Under the pieces are notes generated by a model, which ran no database searches, had not been told where the DNA came from, and saw nothing but the letters and a program-made list of their open reading frames with translations. Shown here piece by piece: positions 1 through 9,412 of a DNA stretch of 32,000 bases (its first letter is position 1; each line of letters begins with the position of its first letter). The translations under genes and the position numbers were made by a program. Where the stretch lies: assembly GCF_000284455.1 (NCBI RefSeq), contig NC_017039.1, positions 960,001 to 992,000 on the forward strand, given 5' to 3'. Source of the stretch: Synechocystis sp. PCC 6803 substr. PCC-P (lineage in GTDB: Bacteria > Cyanobacteriota > Cyanobacteriia > Cyanobacteriales > Microcystaceae).

Positions 1-284
1 GGACCTACGGTGGAGGCTTTGCCTTCCCCGACCTTGGTAAAGAAGGTAACGTTCTTGGCATCTTTGCTGGTGTTCAACCCTATGTTTCCGGTTTCACCAA
101 CAATACTTTGGGAACCACCTTTGTAACCACTGCTAACCCTCTGCAAGTTGAATTGTTCTACAAATATCAACTCACCGACAACCTTTCTATAACTCCTGGT
201 GTGATCTGGATCTCCAAGCCTGAACAGACCACCAACGCCACCGACGCCTTCATCGGCACCGTCCGTGGTACCTTCACTTTCTAA
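1..284 (+). CDS. 3' end of an OprB-type cyanobacterial outer-membrane porin; the gene starts upstream of the window
   Basis: Frame 3 is open from the window edge to TAA at 282-284. The translation ends ...NLSITPGVIWISKPEQTTNATDAFIGTVRGTFTF*, with an alternating beta-strand pattern and the terminal aromatic residue typical of OM beta-barrels. A hairpin terminator follows. From memory this is slr1841 of PCC 6803. Confidence 0.7.
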   Translation, partial: TYGGGFAFPDLGKEGNVLGIFAGVQPYVSGFTNNTLGTTFVTTANPLQVELFYKYQLTDNLSITPGVIWISKPEQTTNATDAFIGTVRGTFTF

Positions 285-340
285 GCCTGAGTCCGTCTTC
301 TTAAGACACTTGTTTGAAAGTTAAACTCTAATAACTCTTT

Positions 341-364
341 AACCCCGCCTCTGGTGGGGTTTTT
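341..364 (+). terminator. Rho-independent terminator of the porin gene
   Basis: Stem CCCCGCC (343-349) pairs with GGTGGGG (353-359), including one G-U pair. A T5 run follows at 360-364. Confidence 0.7.
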
Positions 365-410
365 CGTTGTAAGATGCAGGCAGATTTCCCTTCTTGGTGG
401 GCCCTTACCT

Positions 411-1349
411 ATGAAAATTGCCAGTAATATTACAGAGCTAATTGGTCGTACTCCTCTGGTTCGCCTCAATCGCATTCCCCTATTGGAGGGATGTGGGGCC
501 AAGATTGTAGTCAAGTTGGAGGGGATGAATCCAGCGGCTTCGGTAAAGGACCGCATTGGCATTAATATGATTAACCGGGCAGAACAAGAGGGATTAATTG
601 AACCAGGGAAGACTCTGCTGATTGAGCCCACTTCTGGTAATACGGGCATTGCCCTTGCCATGGTGGCCGCAGCCAAGGGTTACCAATTAATTTTGACGAT
701 GCCTGAAACCATGAGCCAAGAACGGCGGGCGATGTTAAAAGCCTATGGAGCAAAACTAGAACTGACCCCGGGGAGTGAAGGGATGGGGGGATGTATTAGA
801 AGAGCCCAAGAATTGGCTGAGAGTTTGCCAAATGCCTATATGTTGCAACAGTTTGATAATCCGGCTAATCCTCAAATTCATCAACAGACTACGGCATTGG
901 AAATTTGGCAAGATACCGATGGAGCCATTGATTTCCTCGTGGCGGGGGTTGGCACTGGTGGGACTATTACCGGGGTGGCTTCTGTGTTAAAAGAAAAAAA
1001 ACCTAGCTTTCAGGCGATCGCCGTAGAACCCCAAAATAGCCCAGTCTTATCAGGGGGTAAGCCGGGGCCGCATAAAATTCAAGGTATTGGGGCGGGCTTT
1101 ATTCCCGAAGTGTTAGATGTAAACCTGATTGACGAAGTGATTGCCGTGACCGATGAAGAGGCGATCGCCTACGGTCGTAGATTAGCCAGGGAAGAAGGAA
1201 TATTATCGGGGATTTCCACTGGAGCAGCTCTGGCGGCGGCCATCAAAGTGGCAAAAAGACCTGCCAATAAAGATAAATTGATTGTCATGATCCAACCCAG
1301 TTTTGGGGAAAGATACCTCAGCACCCCCCTATTTCAGGATTTGGAGTAA
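411..1349 (+). CDS. cysK: Cysteine synthase A / O-acetylserine sulfhydrylase
   Basis: The ORF is open from 354, but that start codon lies inside the upstream terminator hairpin. The first ATG at 411 gives [20 protein letters not shown]. Hallmark motifs are NPAASVKDR (PLP lysine), [10 protein letters not shown] and [10 protein letters not shown]. Confidence 0.93.
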   Translation: MKIASNITELIGRTPLVRLNRIPLLEGCGAKIVVKLEGMNPAASVKDRIGINMINRAEQEGLIEPGKTLLIEPTSGNTGIALAMVAAAKGYQLILTMPETMSQERRAMLKAYGAKLELTPGSEGMGGCIRRAQELAESLPNAYMLQQFDNPANPQIHQQTTALEIWQDTDGAIDFLVAGVGTGGTITGVASVLKEKKPSFQAIAVEPQNSPVLSGGKPGPHKIQGIGAGFIPEVLDVNLIDEVIAVTDEEAIAYGRRLAREEGILSGISTGAALAAAIKVAKRPANKDKLIVMIQPSFGERYLSTPLFQDLE

Positions 1350-1455
1350 GAACTGAGAAAGAAATTTTTCCTGAAAACTTTGCCAGAAAAAGAAAACTTT
1401 CGGGAATTGTGAGTTATTTTAAAGCGTAAGTGGCCACACAATACGAGCATTCCCC

Positions 1456-2985
1456 ATGGTAACGCTACTCGAAAATCCCTTCCGCACTGGACTCCGTCAA
1501 GAACGCACTCCAGAACCCCTCATTTTGACCATTTTTGGTGCATCCGGGGACCTTACCCAACGGAAATTGGTGCCAGCCATCTACCAAATGAAACGAGAGC
1601 GCCGCTTGCCTCCAGAGTTAACGGTGGTCGGTTTTGCGAGAAGGGACTGGAGCCACGACCATTTTCGTGAGCAGATGCGTAAGGGCATCGAAGAATTTTC
1701 CACCGGCATTGGCAGTGAAGACCTGTGGAATGAGTTTGCCCAGGGTTTATTCTACTGCTCTGGCAATATGGATGACCCAGAAAGCTATCTCAAATTGAAA
1801 AACTTCCTGGGGGAATTGGATGAAAAACGTAACACCAGAGGCAATCGAGTCTTTTATTTAGCTGTTTCCCCCAACTTCTTTCCCCCGGGTATTAAACAAT
1901 TGGGGGCAGCGGGTATGCTGAGTGACCCGGTTAAAAGTCGCATTGTGATCGAAAAGCCCTTTGGTCGGGATTTGAGTTCAGCCCAAAGCTTGAACCGGGT
2001 AGTGCAGAGTGTCTGCAAAGAAAATCAGGTGTATCGCATCGATCATTACCTGGGCAAAGAAACGGTGCAAAATCTGATGGTGTTCCGCTTTGCCAACGCT
2101 ATTTTTGAGCCACTGTGGAACCGTCAGTTTGTTGATCATGTGCAAATTACCGTAGCAGAAACGGTAGGGGTAGAAGAACGAGCCGGTTATTACGAATCCG
2201 CCGGGGCTTTACGAGATATGGTGCAGAATCACCTCATGCAACTGTTTTGTCTCACCGCCATGGACCCCCCCAATGCCATTGACGCGGACAGCATTCGCAA
2301 CGAAAAGGTTAAAGTGTTGCAGGCTACCCGTTTAGCGGATATTAATAATTTGGAAAATGCCGGTATCCGGGGCCAATATAAAGCTGGTTGGATGGGAGGC
2401 AAACCAGTGCCGGGTTATCGAGAAGAACCGGGGGTAGATCCAAGTTCCACCACTCCTACCTTTGCGGCCCTCAAACTGATGGTGGATAACTGGCGTTGGC
2501 AGGGGGTGCCCTTCTATCTACGCACGGGTAAGCGCATGCCTAAAAAAGTGAGTGAAATCGCAATTCAATTCCGGCAAGTACCTCTGTTAATTTTTCAATC
2601 GGTGGCCCACCAAGCTAATCCCAATGTGTTGAGTCTAAGAATTCAGCCCAACGAAGGCATTTCCCTGCGTTTTGAGGCAAAAATGCCCGGTTCAGAACTG
2701 CGTACCCGCACTGTAGATATGGATTTTAGTTATGGTTCATCCTTTGGAGTGGCCGCAGCGGATGCCTATCACCGCCTTTTATTAGATTGTATGTTGGGAG
2801 ACCAAACCCTGTTCACAAGAGCCGACGAGGTAGAAGAAGCTTGGCGAGTAGTAACTCCGGTGTTGTCGGCTTGGGATGCCCCCAGTGATCCTCTTTCCAT
2901 GCCCTTGTACGAAGCTGGAACCTGGGAACCAGCGGAGGCAGAATGGTTAATTAATAAAGATGGCCGTCGCTGGCGCCGACTTTAG
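1456..2985 (+). CDS. zwf: Glucose-6-phosphate 1-dehydrogenase
   Basis: 509 aa. It has the NADP-binding motif [13 protein letters not shown] and the G6PD active-site signature RIDHYLGKE. Confidence 0.97.
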
Positions 2986-3142
2986 ACTGCAACGGTCATC
3001 GAAAGCGATCAAAAAAATCTGTATCAATTTCGTAAACTGTTCTGGGTTTTAAGCCTATTTCTAAGTAAATGGCGATCGCCAGCCAAGATTAGCAAAGACA
3101 GTTTAAAATCGTGAAGAAAAGTTAAGAGCCTTGTCTCCCCCT

Positions 3143-6055
3143 ATGCCCGAACAAAATAGCATCCGTATTCGAGGCGCTAGACAACATAACCTAAAAAATG
3201 TGAATCTAGACCTGCCCCGCGATCGCCTGATTGTGTTTACGGGGGTGTCGGGGTCAGGCAAATCTTCCCTAGCTTTTGACACTATCTTTGCAGAGGGACA
3301 ACGGCGTTATGTGGAATCCCTCAGTGCTTACGCCCGACAGTTTTTGGGGCAGTTGGATAAGCCTGATGTGGACAGCATCGAAGGGTTGAGTCCGGCTATT
3401 TCCATCGATCAGAAATCCACTTCCCACAATCCCCGCTCCACCGTGGGTACGGTAACGGAAATTTACGACTACCTCCGTCTGTTATTTGGCAGGGCTGGCA
3501 GTCCCCATTGTCCCCACTGCCAACGGAATATTGCCCCCCAAACCATTGACCAAATGTGTGATCGGGTGATGGAGTTACCGGACAGAACTAAGTTTCAAAT
3601 TCTTGCTCCGGTGGTAAAGGGCAAAAAAGGGACCCATGTGCAACTACTTTCTAGCTTAGTTTCCCAAGGCTTTGTGCGGGTAAGAATTAACGGCGAAGTG
3701 CGAGAATTAAGTGACAATATTGAATTAAAAAAGAACCAAGCCCACACCATTGAAATAGTTATTGATCGCCTGATCAAAAAAGAAGGTTTACAGGAACGAT
3801 TGGTAGACTCACTCAGTACTTGTTTGAAGCAAGCAGAAGGCACCGCCATTATTGACATTTTGGACAAGCCAACGCTGGCAGTGTTAGATGGAGGTAAAAA
3901 AGACGACAAAGAAGCATTAAAAGCGGCAGAAAACGGCCAGGCTTACCATGCAGAGTTACCCAAGGAAATTATCTTTTCAGAAAACTTTGCCTGTCCAGAA
4001 CATGGGGCGGTGATGGATGAACTTTCCCCCCGCTTATTTTCTTTCAACTCCCCCTACGGTGCTTGTCCCGATTGCCATGGAATTGGCTTTGTGCGGTCTT
4101 TTTGCCCAGATTTGGTCATTCCTGATCCCGAAAAACCAGTGTATGTGGCGATCGCCCCCTGGTCAGAAAAAGATAATTCCTATTACTTGTCGTTACTGTA
4201 CAGTTTAGGACAGCATTTTGATTTTCAGTTACAAACTCCCTGGAAAAAGCTAACCAAAGAGCAAAAGGAAATAATTTTATACGGCACAGAAGAAGAAATT
4301 TGGTTTGAAGGGGAATCCCGTTACCGCAATAAACAAGGTTATTATCGTCGTTTTGCTGGAGCATTAAATATCCTGCAAAAAAATTATGATGAAACCAATT
4401 CCGATGCCATTAAGCAAAAGTTAGAAAAATATATTATTAATCAACCCTGTCACACCTGTGGCGGCAAAAGGTTAAAGCCAGAAGCATTAGCAGTAAAACT
4501 AGGGCAGTACAACATTAACAATTTAACCAGTGTGCCCATCCGCCAGACCCTGGAACGGATTGAAAATCTAGAGTTGACTTCCCGGCAAGCCATGATTGGG
4601 GAATTGGCGTTAAAGGAAATCAAAGCCCGTTTGCAATTTCTCCTGGACGTAGGTTTGGATTATCTGACCCTCGACCGGGCCGCCATGACTCTATCTGGCG
4701 GAGAAGCCCAACGGATTCGCCTGGCCACCCAAATTGGTTCCGGTCTCACCGGAGTTTTATACGTTTTGGATGAACCAAGCATTGGTTTGCATCAACGGGA
4801 CAACAATCGCCTGTTGGCCACTCTGACTAAGTTAAGGGATCTGGGCAATACGTTAATTGTGGTGGAGCATGATGAAGATACTATCCGCCACGCCGATTAT
4901 ATTGTTGACATTGGTCCGAAGGCGGGCATCCATGGTGGAGAAATTGTCTGTCAGGGGGATTTTCAGACTCTACTAAAAAATCAAAGGTCTCTTACTGGGG
5001 CTTACCTATCCGGTCGGGAGGCGATCGCCACTCCGGAGGAACGGAGAAATGGCAACGGAGCCAAGTTAACCCTCCAAGGTTGTTGCCATAATAATTTGCG
5101 TAATATTGATGTGACCATTCCCCTGGGCAAACTGGTGTGTGTTACAGGGGTATCCGGTTCCGGCAAGTCCACCCTAGTCAATGAATTGCTCCATCCGGCT
5201 CTGCAACATTATCTTTCTCGCCAAGTAGCTTTTCCCAAGAATTTAGGGGAAATCACCGGCCTCCAGGCGATCGATAAAGTCATTGTCATTGACCAATCCC
5301 CCATTGGCCGCACTCCCCGCTCCAACCCCGCCACCTATACAGGTATTTTTGACTCCATTCGAGAAATTTTCACCCAAACCATTGAAGCTAAAGCTAGGGG
5401 TTATAAGCCGGGACAATTTTCTTTCAACGTCAAAGGGGGACGCTGTGAAGCCTGCGCTGGTCAGGGAGTTAACGTGATTGAAATGAATTTTTTGCCCGAT
5501 GTGTATGTGCAATGTGATGTGTGCAAAGGAGCCAGATATAACCGGGAAACGTTGCAGGTGAAGTATAAAGGTCATTCCATTGCCGATGTGTTGGCCATGA
5601 CCACCGAGGAAGCCCTGACAGTGTTTGAGAATATTCCCAGGGCAGTAAATCGCCTGCAAACCTTGGTAGATGTGGGTTTGGGTTACATCAAACTGGGTCA
5701 ACCGGCCCCCACTTTATCCGGGGGAGAAGCCCAACGGGTCAAACTAGCTTCCGAGTTATCTCGCCGGGCCACGGGCAAAACTTTGTATTTAATTGATGAA
5801 CCCACCACCGGGCTATCTTTTTATGATGTCCACCATTTGCTCAACGTTTTGCAAAGACTAGTGGATAAAGGCAATTCTGTTTTAGTCATTGAACATAACC
5901 TGGATGTAATCCGCTGTAGCGATTGGATTATTGATCTGGGCCCCGAAGGTGGCGATCGGGGTGGAAAAATTATGGTTGCAGGAACCCCGGAAACAGTGGC
6001 GCAACATCCAAGTTCTTACACAGGGAAATATTTAGCGAAGGTATTGCAATCTTAA
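3143..6055 (+). CDS. uvrA: Excinuclease ABC subunit A
   Basis: Two ABC modules are present, with Walker A motifs GVSGSGKSS and GVSGSGKST and the signature LSGGEAQR twice. Several CxxC zinc clusters occur (CPHC, CPDCHG, CHTCGG, CEACAG, CDVCKG). The ORF opens at TTG 3131, but I chose ATG 3143 (MPEQNSIRIRGARQHNLKN). Confidence 0.97.
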   Translation: MPEQNSIRIRGARQHNLKNVNLDLPRDRLIVFTGVSGSGKSSLAFDTIFAEGQRRYVESLSAYARQFLGQLDKPDVDSIEGLSPAISIDQKSTSHNPRSTVGTVTEIYDYLRLLFGRAGSPHCPHCQRNIAPQTIDQMCDRVMELPDRTKFQILAPVVKGKKGTHVQLLSSLVSQGFVRVRINGEVRELSDNIELKKNQAHTIEIVIDRLIKKEGLQERLVDSLSTCLKQAEGTAIIDILDKPTLAVLDGGKKDDKEALKAAENGQAYHAELPKEIIFSENFACPEHGAVMDELSPRLFSFNSPYGACPDCHGIGFVRSFCPDLVIPDPEKPVYVAIAPWSEKDNSYYLSLLYSLGQHFDFQLQTPWKKLTKEQKEIILYGTEEEIWFEGESRYRNKQGYYRRFAGALNILQKNYDETNSDAIKQKLEKYIINQPCHTCGGKRLKPEALAVKLGQYNINNLTSVPIRQTLERIENLELTSRQAMIGELALKEIKARLQFLLDVGLDYLTLDRAAMTLSGGEAQRIRLATQIGSGLTGVLYVLDEPSIGLHQRDNNRLLATLTKLRDLGNTLIVVEHDEDTIRHADYIVDIGPKAGIHGGEIVCQGDFQTLLKNQRSLTGAYLSGREAIATPEERRNGNGAKLTLQGCCHNNLRNIDVTIPLGKLVCVTGVSGSGKSTLVNELLHPALQHYLSRQVAFPKNLGEITGLQAIDKVIVIDQSPIGRTPRSNPATYTGIFDSIREIFTQTIEAKARGYKPGQFSFNVKGGRCEACAGQGVNVIEMNFLPDVYVQCDVCKGARYNRETLQVKYKGHSIADVLAMTTEEALTVFENIPRAVNRLQTLVDVGLGYIKLGQPAPTLSGGEAQRVKLASELSRRATGKTLYLIDEPTTGLSFYDVHHLLNVLQRLVDKGNSVLVIEHNLDVIRCSDWIIDLGPEGGDRGGKIMVAGTPETVAQHPSSYTGKYLAKVLQS

Positions 6056-6192
6056 ATGTGAGAAAAACTTAAATATATTTTCACTATTTAATCTAAAGTC
6101 ACTGTTGACCGGGTCGCACCGGACAGATCAACTTCACCAAACCGCAAAACCTGTGACTTCGTGTGCAACGGTTTTTTATTTGACAGTTTAGG

Positions 6193-7728
6193 TCAAGATG
6201 CGTCTCGTGGTTCTTTCAAGTTCAACGCACGGATTAAACCATCATGCACTTTATAAAGGTCAGATTCAATAAACCCTTGTGATGGATAAAAACAGCGATA
6301 GCGCCAAGTGGTAGACGCTCCAATCTTAAAGCCGACCACTGAGTTGTCAAAAAGAAAACGGAGATCGTCCAGAATTCCAGTTTGCGTAAATTCAACCCCC
6401 AGTGCCCTTAGCTGCGATTCCAATTCGGCACGAGTGAATTGAGTTGATGCATGGTTTTGAATTGCAGAAAGTAACTTTACAATATGCGAGTACTGGATAA
6501 ACCATTCATCGAGTAGTTCCTGACGAAGCCATTCAGAATATCCTGGTTCGGCTGTGTAAATTGCTTCAACGGGCAGATGATCGAAATTAGCTGGGGTTTC
6601 TTCGAAAGGATCATTAACGCTTTCCTTCACAGCATCAATTGTACGGCTCAAGAAACAAATCATATCTCTTGGGCGCATCATGGTTCGTTTCAAGAGGTAG
6701 TTGGAAGGTTTTGAGCGCTGCCGCATCTCGTTTTTGTCAAATAATCCATCTAAATCCTCCACCGCATCCACGTCGTTTTTTTGTGCAAAATAAGAAAGGC
6801 GACGCAACAAGAGCTTAAAAAGGTCGTCACGATCCCACTTAAGCAGAGCGCCACAGTCTTCACGTAGTTTGTTAGAGTCGTTCAGTGGCAGTACGGAAAA
6901 GATATCCTCACGGAGGAAAATGATAGGTCGAACCACGCCATTATACTTTGCTGTTAGAGAGTCAGATGCGGACACTAGGCCAGCAAGGACTTTCCGCGAT
7001 ACATCGAGAGAGACATTATCCCAGGCCTCATCGACCCGATCAAAGCAGATAACTGTTCGATATTCACAAGGTTGAATTTTCGCAAGTGCGGCTTCCAGAT
7101 AAGCAATTATATTGCTAACGTTCTGGGCTAATGCAGTGCGGATGTCATTGTCTGCCGAAACTTCTTCAAAAGACAACTCACCGCCAGAAACTTCCACGGA
7201 GTCAAAGCTGCCATCTTCCAGGTCCAACCCTGCTCTTGGTAACTTTACCTTCGAAAGTCCGAGTAACTTCCGCCCAATTAATTGGTAAACCGATGGCAGA
7301 GGATGATCGAACAGTTTCTCAAGCAGGGTTTGGGCTTTTGCAATTGGTTGAGGGACTGTAACACCGTCCTTGGCGCAACGAGAGGCGTAAGCCTTGATAA
7401 CTTCGACTAAAATCACGAATCGCCAAGAGTGCTTATATGCGAGTGATTCGGCCGTTTCACTATTACTTAGTAGAGAATGTACTTTCCAGTTGTAATCCTC
7501 AAACGAAAGAGAAACAAGTATATCTTTATCACTAAGATACTGATGAGGGTTCTCTTTCAGATATCTGAAAACCGCAGTCTTGCCTGCTCCCTTTCTTCCC
7601 AGTACCAAAAATGATGACTTATTTGTGAGTACTGAATTCAAAACACCGTTATCATAGAAGTAATTGACGAGCTCGTCGTCTCGCTCAGCAGAAACCTTGC
7701 CAACATTTATCCATTTAAGAACGCTCAT
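6193..7728 (-). CDS. Orphan 511-aa P-loop NTPase of unknown function; from memory this is sll1717
   Basis: This is a long uninterrupted ORF. Walker A GRKGAGKT is at aa 44-51 (nt 7576-7599) and a Walker-B-like VICFDRVDEAW is at aa 226-236. An acidic low-complexity loop (LDLEDGSFDSVEVSGGELSFEEVSADND) lies between them. An MRPRDMICFL arginine motif sits at aa 351-360. The last ~130 aa contain no motif I recognise. Confidence 0.85.
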   Translation of the reverse strand: MSVLKWINVGKVSAERDDELVNYFYDNGVLNSVLTNKSSFLVLGRKGAGKTAVFRYLKENPHQYLSDKDILVSLSFEDYNWKVHSLLSNSETAESLAYKHSWRFVILVEVIKAYASRCAKDGVTVPQPIAKAQTLLEKLFDHPLPSVYQLIGRKLLGLSKVKLPRAGLDLEDGSFDSVEVSGGELSFEEVSADNDIRTALAQNVSNIIAYLEAALAKIQPCEYRTVICFDRVDEAWDNVSLDVSRKVLAGLVSASDSLTAKYNGVVRPIIFLREDIFSVLPLNDSNKLREDCGALLKWDRDDLFKLLLRRLSYFAQKNDVDAVEDLDGLFDKNEMRQRSKPSNYLLKRTMMRPRDMICFLSRTIDAVKESVNDPFEETPANFDHLPVEAIYTAEPGYSEWLRQELLDEWFIQYSHIVKLLSAIQNHASTQFTRAELESQLRALGVEFTQTGILDDLRFLFDNSVVGFKIGASTTWRYRCFYPSQGFIESDLYKVHDGLIRALNLKEPRDAS

Positions 7729-7796
7729 GTACTTCGATTGTCCTCAGAAGGTAGTCAAATAACTAACGACCATGCAGCAGGTGCGATATGCTCACT

Positions 7797-8680
7797 CCTC
7801 TTAGAAAGTGTTTGAAAAGTTTTAAGCAAGCCTTTGAAGCATGAGATGAACCATGGCAACATAGAGCATTGTCTCACTGGTAGTAGGTAAATATTCATAA
7901 TCCTTGCTTAAACGACGATAGCGGCCAAACCAAGCAAAGGTGCGCTCGACTACCCAACGGCGGGGTAGGACTTCAAAGCCTTTTTGTCCCTGCTTTTTGC
8001 TGACGACATTCAAATTCCAACCAAAAGTATGCTCCACCCAATAGATAAAATCCTTTCCGCCAAAGGTGCTATCAGTCCATATAACTTGCAGGCACTGCCA
8101 AAGGGGAGCAAACCAGGTAGCAAGTAGAATCAGACCCTGATGGTCGGAGCGATGGGCACCATGGACGACAACATCGAGAAGTAATCCCATGGTATCCACG
8201 AGGATTGTACGTTTACGACCATTGACCTTTTTTCCGCCGTCATAGCCAGTTTCTTGGCCAGTTCCAGCCTTTTTAAGTGACTGTGAATCTAAACAACCGG
8301 CACTAGGGTGAGTATTTCTTCCAGCTTTGAGCCGAACTTTCTCACGGAAGATACGGTTTAATTTTTTCCAGGTACCATCTTCGTGCCATTGCTGGAAATA
8401 ACCATAGACCGTTCGCCATTTAGGAAAATCATGGGGCAGAAGTCGCCAGGCACACCCCGTTCTGAACATGTAAAAAATAGCATTGAGTATCTCCCGCAGA
8501 CTAGTTTTCCGTTTTCTTCCCCCAGTTTTTGCTTTGGGTAAATGAGGTTCTACCAATTGCCACTGGCTATCAGTGATGTCCGTGCTGTAAAATTCCCGGA
8601 TTATCATTAATTATGGTGAAAATTTTATTCTTTTCACCATTTTCCATTCTTCACCCTACTTTTCAAACACGCTCTAAGAG
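7797..8680 (-). mobile_element. IS5-family insertion sequence, single-ORF type resembling the IS1031 group; from memory an ISY523 copy
   Basis: Terminal inverted repeats are CTCTTAGAAAGTGTTTGAAAAGT (7797-7819) and ACTTTTCAAACACGCTCTAAGAG (8658-8680), matching at 21 of 23 positions. The true ends are probably GAAAGTG (7803) and CGCTC (8675), giving 873 bp, flanked by TTA on the left and TAA on the right. The exact ends and the target duplication remain ambiguous. Confidence 0.85.
7822..8607 (-). CDS. IS5-family DDE transposase
   Basis: 261 aa. The N-terminus has ITDSQWQLVEPHLP, the HTH region typical of IS5-family transposases. DDE contexts are CLDSQSLK, IWTDSTFGG and VVERTFAWFGRYRRLSKDYE. 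It is a single ORF with no frameshift. Confidence 0.92.
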   Translation of the reverse strand: MIIREFYSTDITDSQWQLVEPHLPKAKTGGRKRKTSLREILNAIFYMFRTGCAWRLLPHDFPKWRTVYGYFQQWHEDGTWKKLNRIFREKVRLKAGRNTHPSAGCLDSQSLKKAGTGQETGYDGGKKVNGRKRTILVDTMGLLLDVVVHGAHRSDHQGLILLATWFAPLWQCLQVIWTDSTFGGKDFIYWVEHTFGWNLNVVSKKQGQKGFEVLPRRWVVERTFAWFGRYRRLSKDYEYLPTTSETMLYVAMVHLMLQRLA

Positions 8681-8741
8681 CTTAGCAGTAGGAAAGATTT
8701 TTGAGTCACCATAAGGGTATTGCGGCCATTGACTGCTGTGA

Positions 8742-9155
8742 TTAATCCCTTAATAGTGCCCGAAATCCTGCCTGCTGAAAATGGATATCGGCAGTCAGTA
8801 CATCAGTGATTCCTCGATCCTGCATCACGATGAATGATATGCAGTCCACTAAACCCCATTCCTTGTCTTCTCGTTGCTTAAACAAATTAAATGCTGATTT
8901 GTATAGACTGTTAGTTAATAGAACGACTTCAACACTGGGATCAGTTTCCAGGGATTCTAAAAGTTGGATTGCCGCTTTTCTATATCTTTGCTTAGAAAGC
9001 GCATTGCCTATCTCTAGCAAGATACCTTGGGTTGTTACTAGACGAATTTTGTTAGCCTCAATTTGATTAGCAAGCTGAATAGCCCGTACATGATTTTGAT
9101 CAGTGATGGAAGATAATGCGATCGCAAAAGATGTATCTAAAAAAACTTCAGTCAT
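8742..9155 (-). CDS. vapC: PIN-domain toxin (VapC-like ribonuclease)
   Basis: Starting at ATG 9155 gives MTEVFLDTSFAIAL, the canonical PIN N-terminus with the first catalytic Asp. Further acidic positions lie in LLEIGN, LVDCISF and VLTADIHF. The start overlaps the upstream stop as ATGACTGA. The 157-aa ORF in the track is over-extended at its 5' end. Confidence 0.85.
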   Translation of the reverse strand: MTEVFLDTSFAIALSSITDQNHVRAIQLANQIEANKIRLVTTQGILLEIGNALSKQRYRKAAIQLLESLETDPSVEVVLLTNSLYKSAFNLFKQREDKEWGLVDCISFIVMQDRGITDVLTADIHFQQAGFRALLRD

Positions 9156-9387
9156 TGTCAGAAAGAGTTTCCCCATACAAATATTGATCAATTTTCTCTG
9201 ACCAATCAGGTTCACCCTGTAATTTTAAAGACTGAGCAGTTTGAAGAAACGTTTTAGGTGCTTTTACTTCATTTGGTAGAACACTTTCAACAACAATTCG
9301 CACCCTCGTACCTGCGGCAAGGTTTAAGGGAACTTCCAATTGAAGAGCTGTGCCGTCAAATACGGCTTCGAGTTCTTGAAGCATCAT
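9148..9387 (-). CDS. vapB: VapB-type antitoxin with a small beta-barrel (DUF104/AF2212-like) N-terminus
   Basis: 79 aa starting at ATGATG (9387/9384). The stretch AVFDGTALQLEVPLNLAAGTRVRIVVE resembles the short antitoxin fold found upstream of many PIN toxins. It has an acidic C-terminal tail and overlaps vapC by 8 nt. The upstream 55 codons of the 134-aa track ORF cover a promoter-like region and are probably not coding. Confidence 0.65.
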   Translation of the reverse strand: MMLQELEAVFDGTALQLEVPLNLAAGTRVRIVVESVLPNEVKAPKTFLQTAQSLKLQGEPDWSEKIDQYLYGETLSDND

Positions 9388-9412
9388 TTTATAAAAGCTG
9401 TGGACTTTTTTC

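Noticed and set aside
296-330. Possible solo IS end (GTTTGAAAGTT resembles the IS/MITE terminal repeat core GTTTGAAAAGT)
   Set aside because: Only an ~11-nt core matches. The flanking positions diverge and no partner repeat exists, so this is compatible with chance.
3595-5701. Antisense or alternate-frame ORFs of 60-152 aa inside uvrA. Similar ORFs lie inside cysK, the ATPase gene, the cobD-like gene, the GNAT gene, the GH57 gene, cbiD, the slr1541-like gene, selO and ftsH. Examples are 281-676, 5243-5701, 10279-10575, 17554-17913, 28053-28454 and 30897-31265.
   Set aside because: Each is fully embedded in a longer ORF with strong family motifs. Their products are low-complexity (Pro/Ser/Arg-rich) with no recognisable motifs or ribosome-binding sites. 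They are the typical shadow ORFs of coding regions.
6100-6180. Terminator between the convergent uvrA and ATPase genes (ACCG...CGGTTTTTT, and CCGG-GTCGCA-CCGG)
   Set aside because: Only 4-bp stems can be drawn, which is too weak to call.
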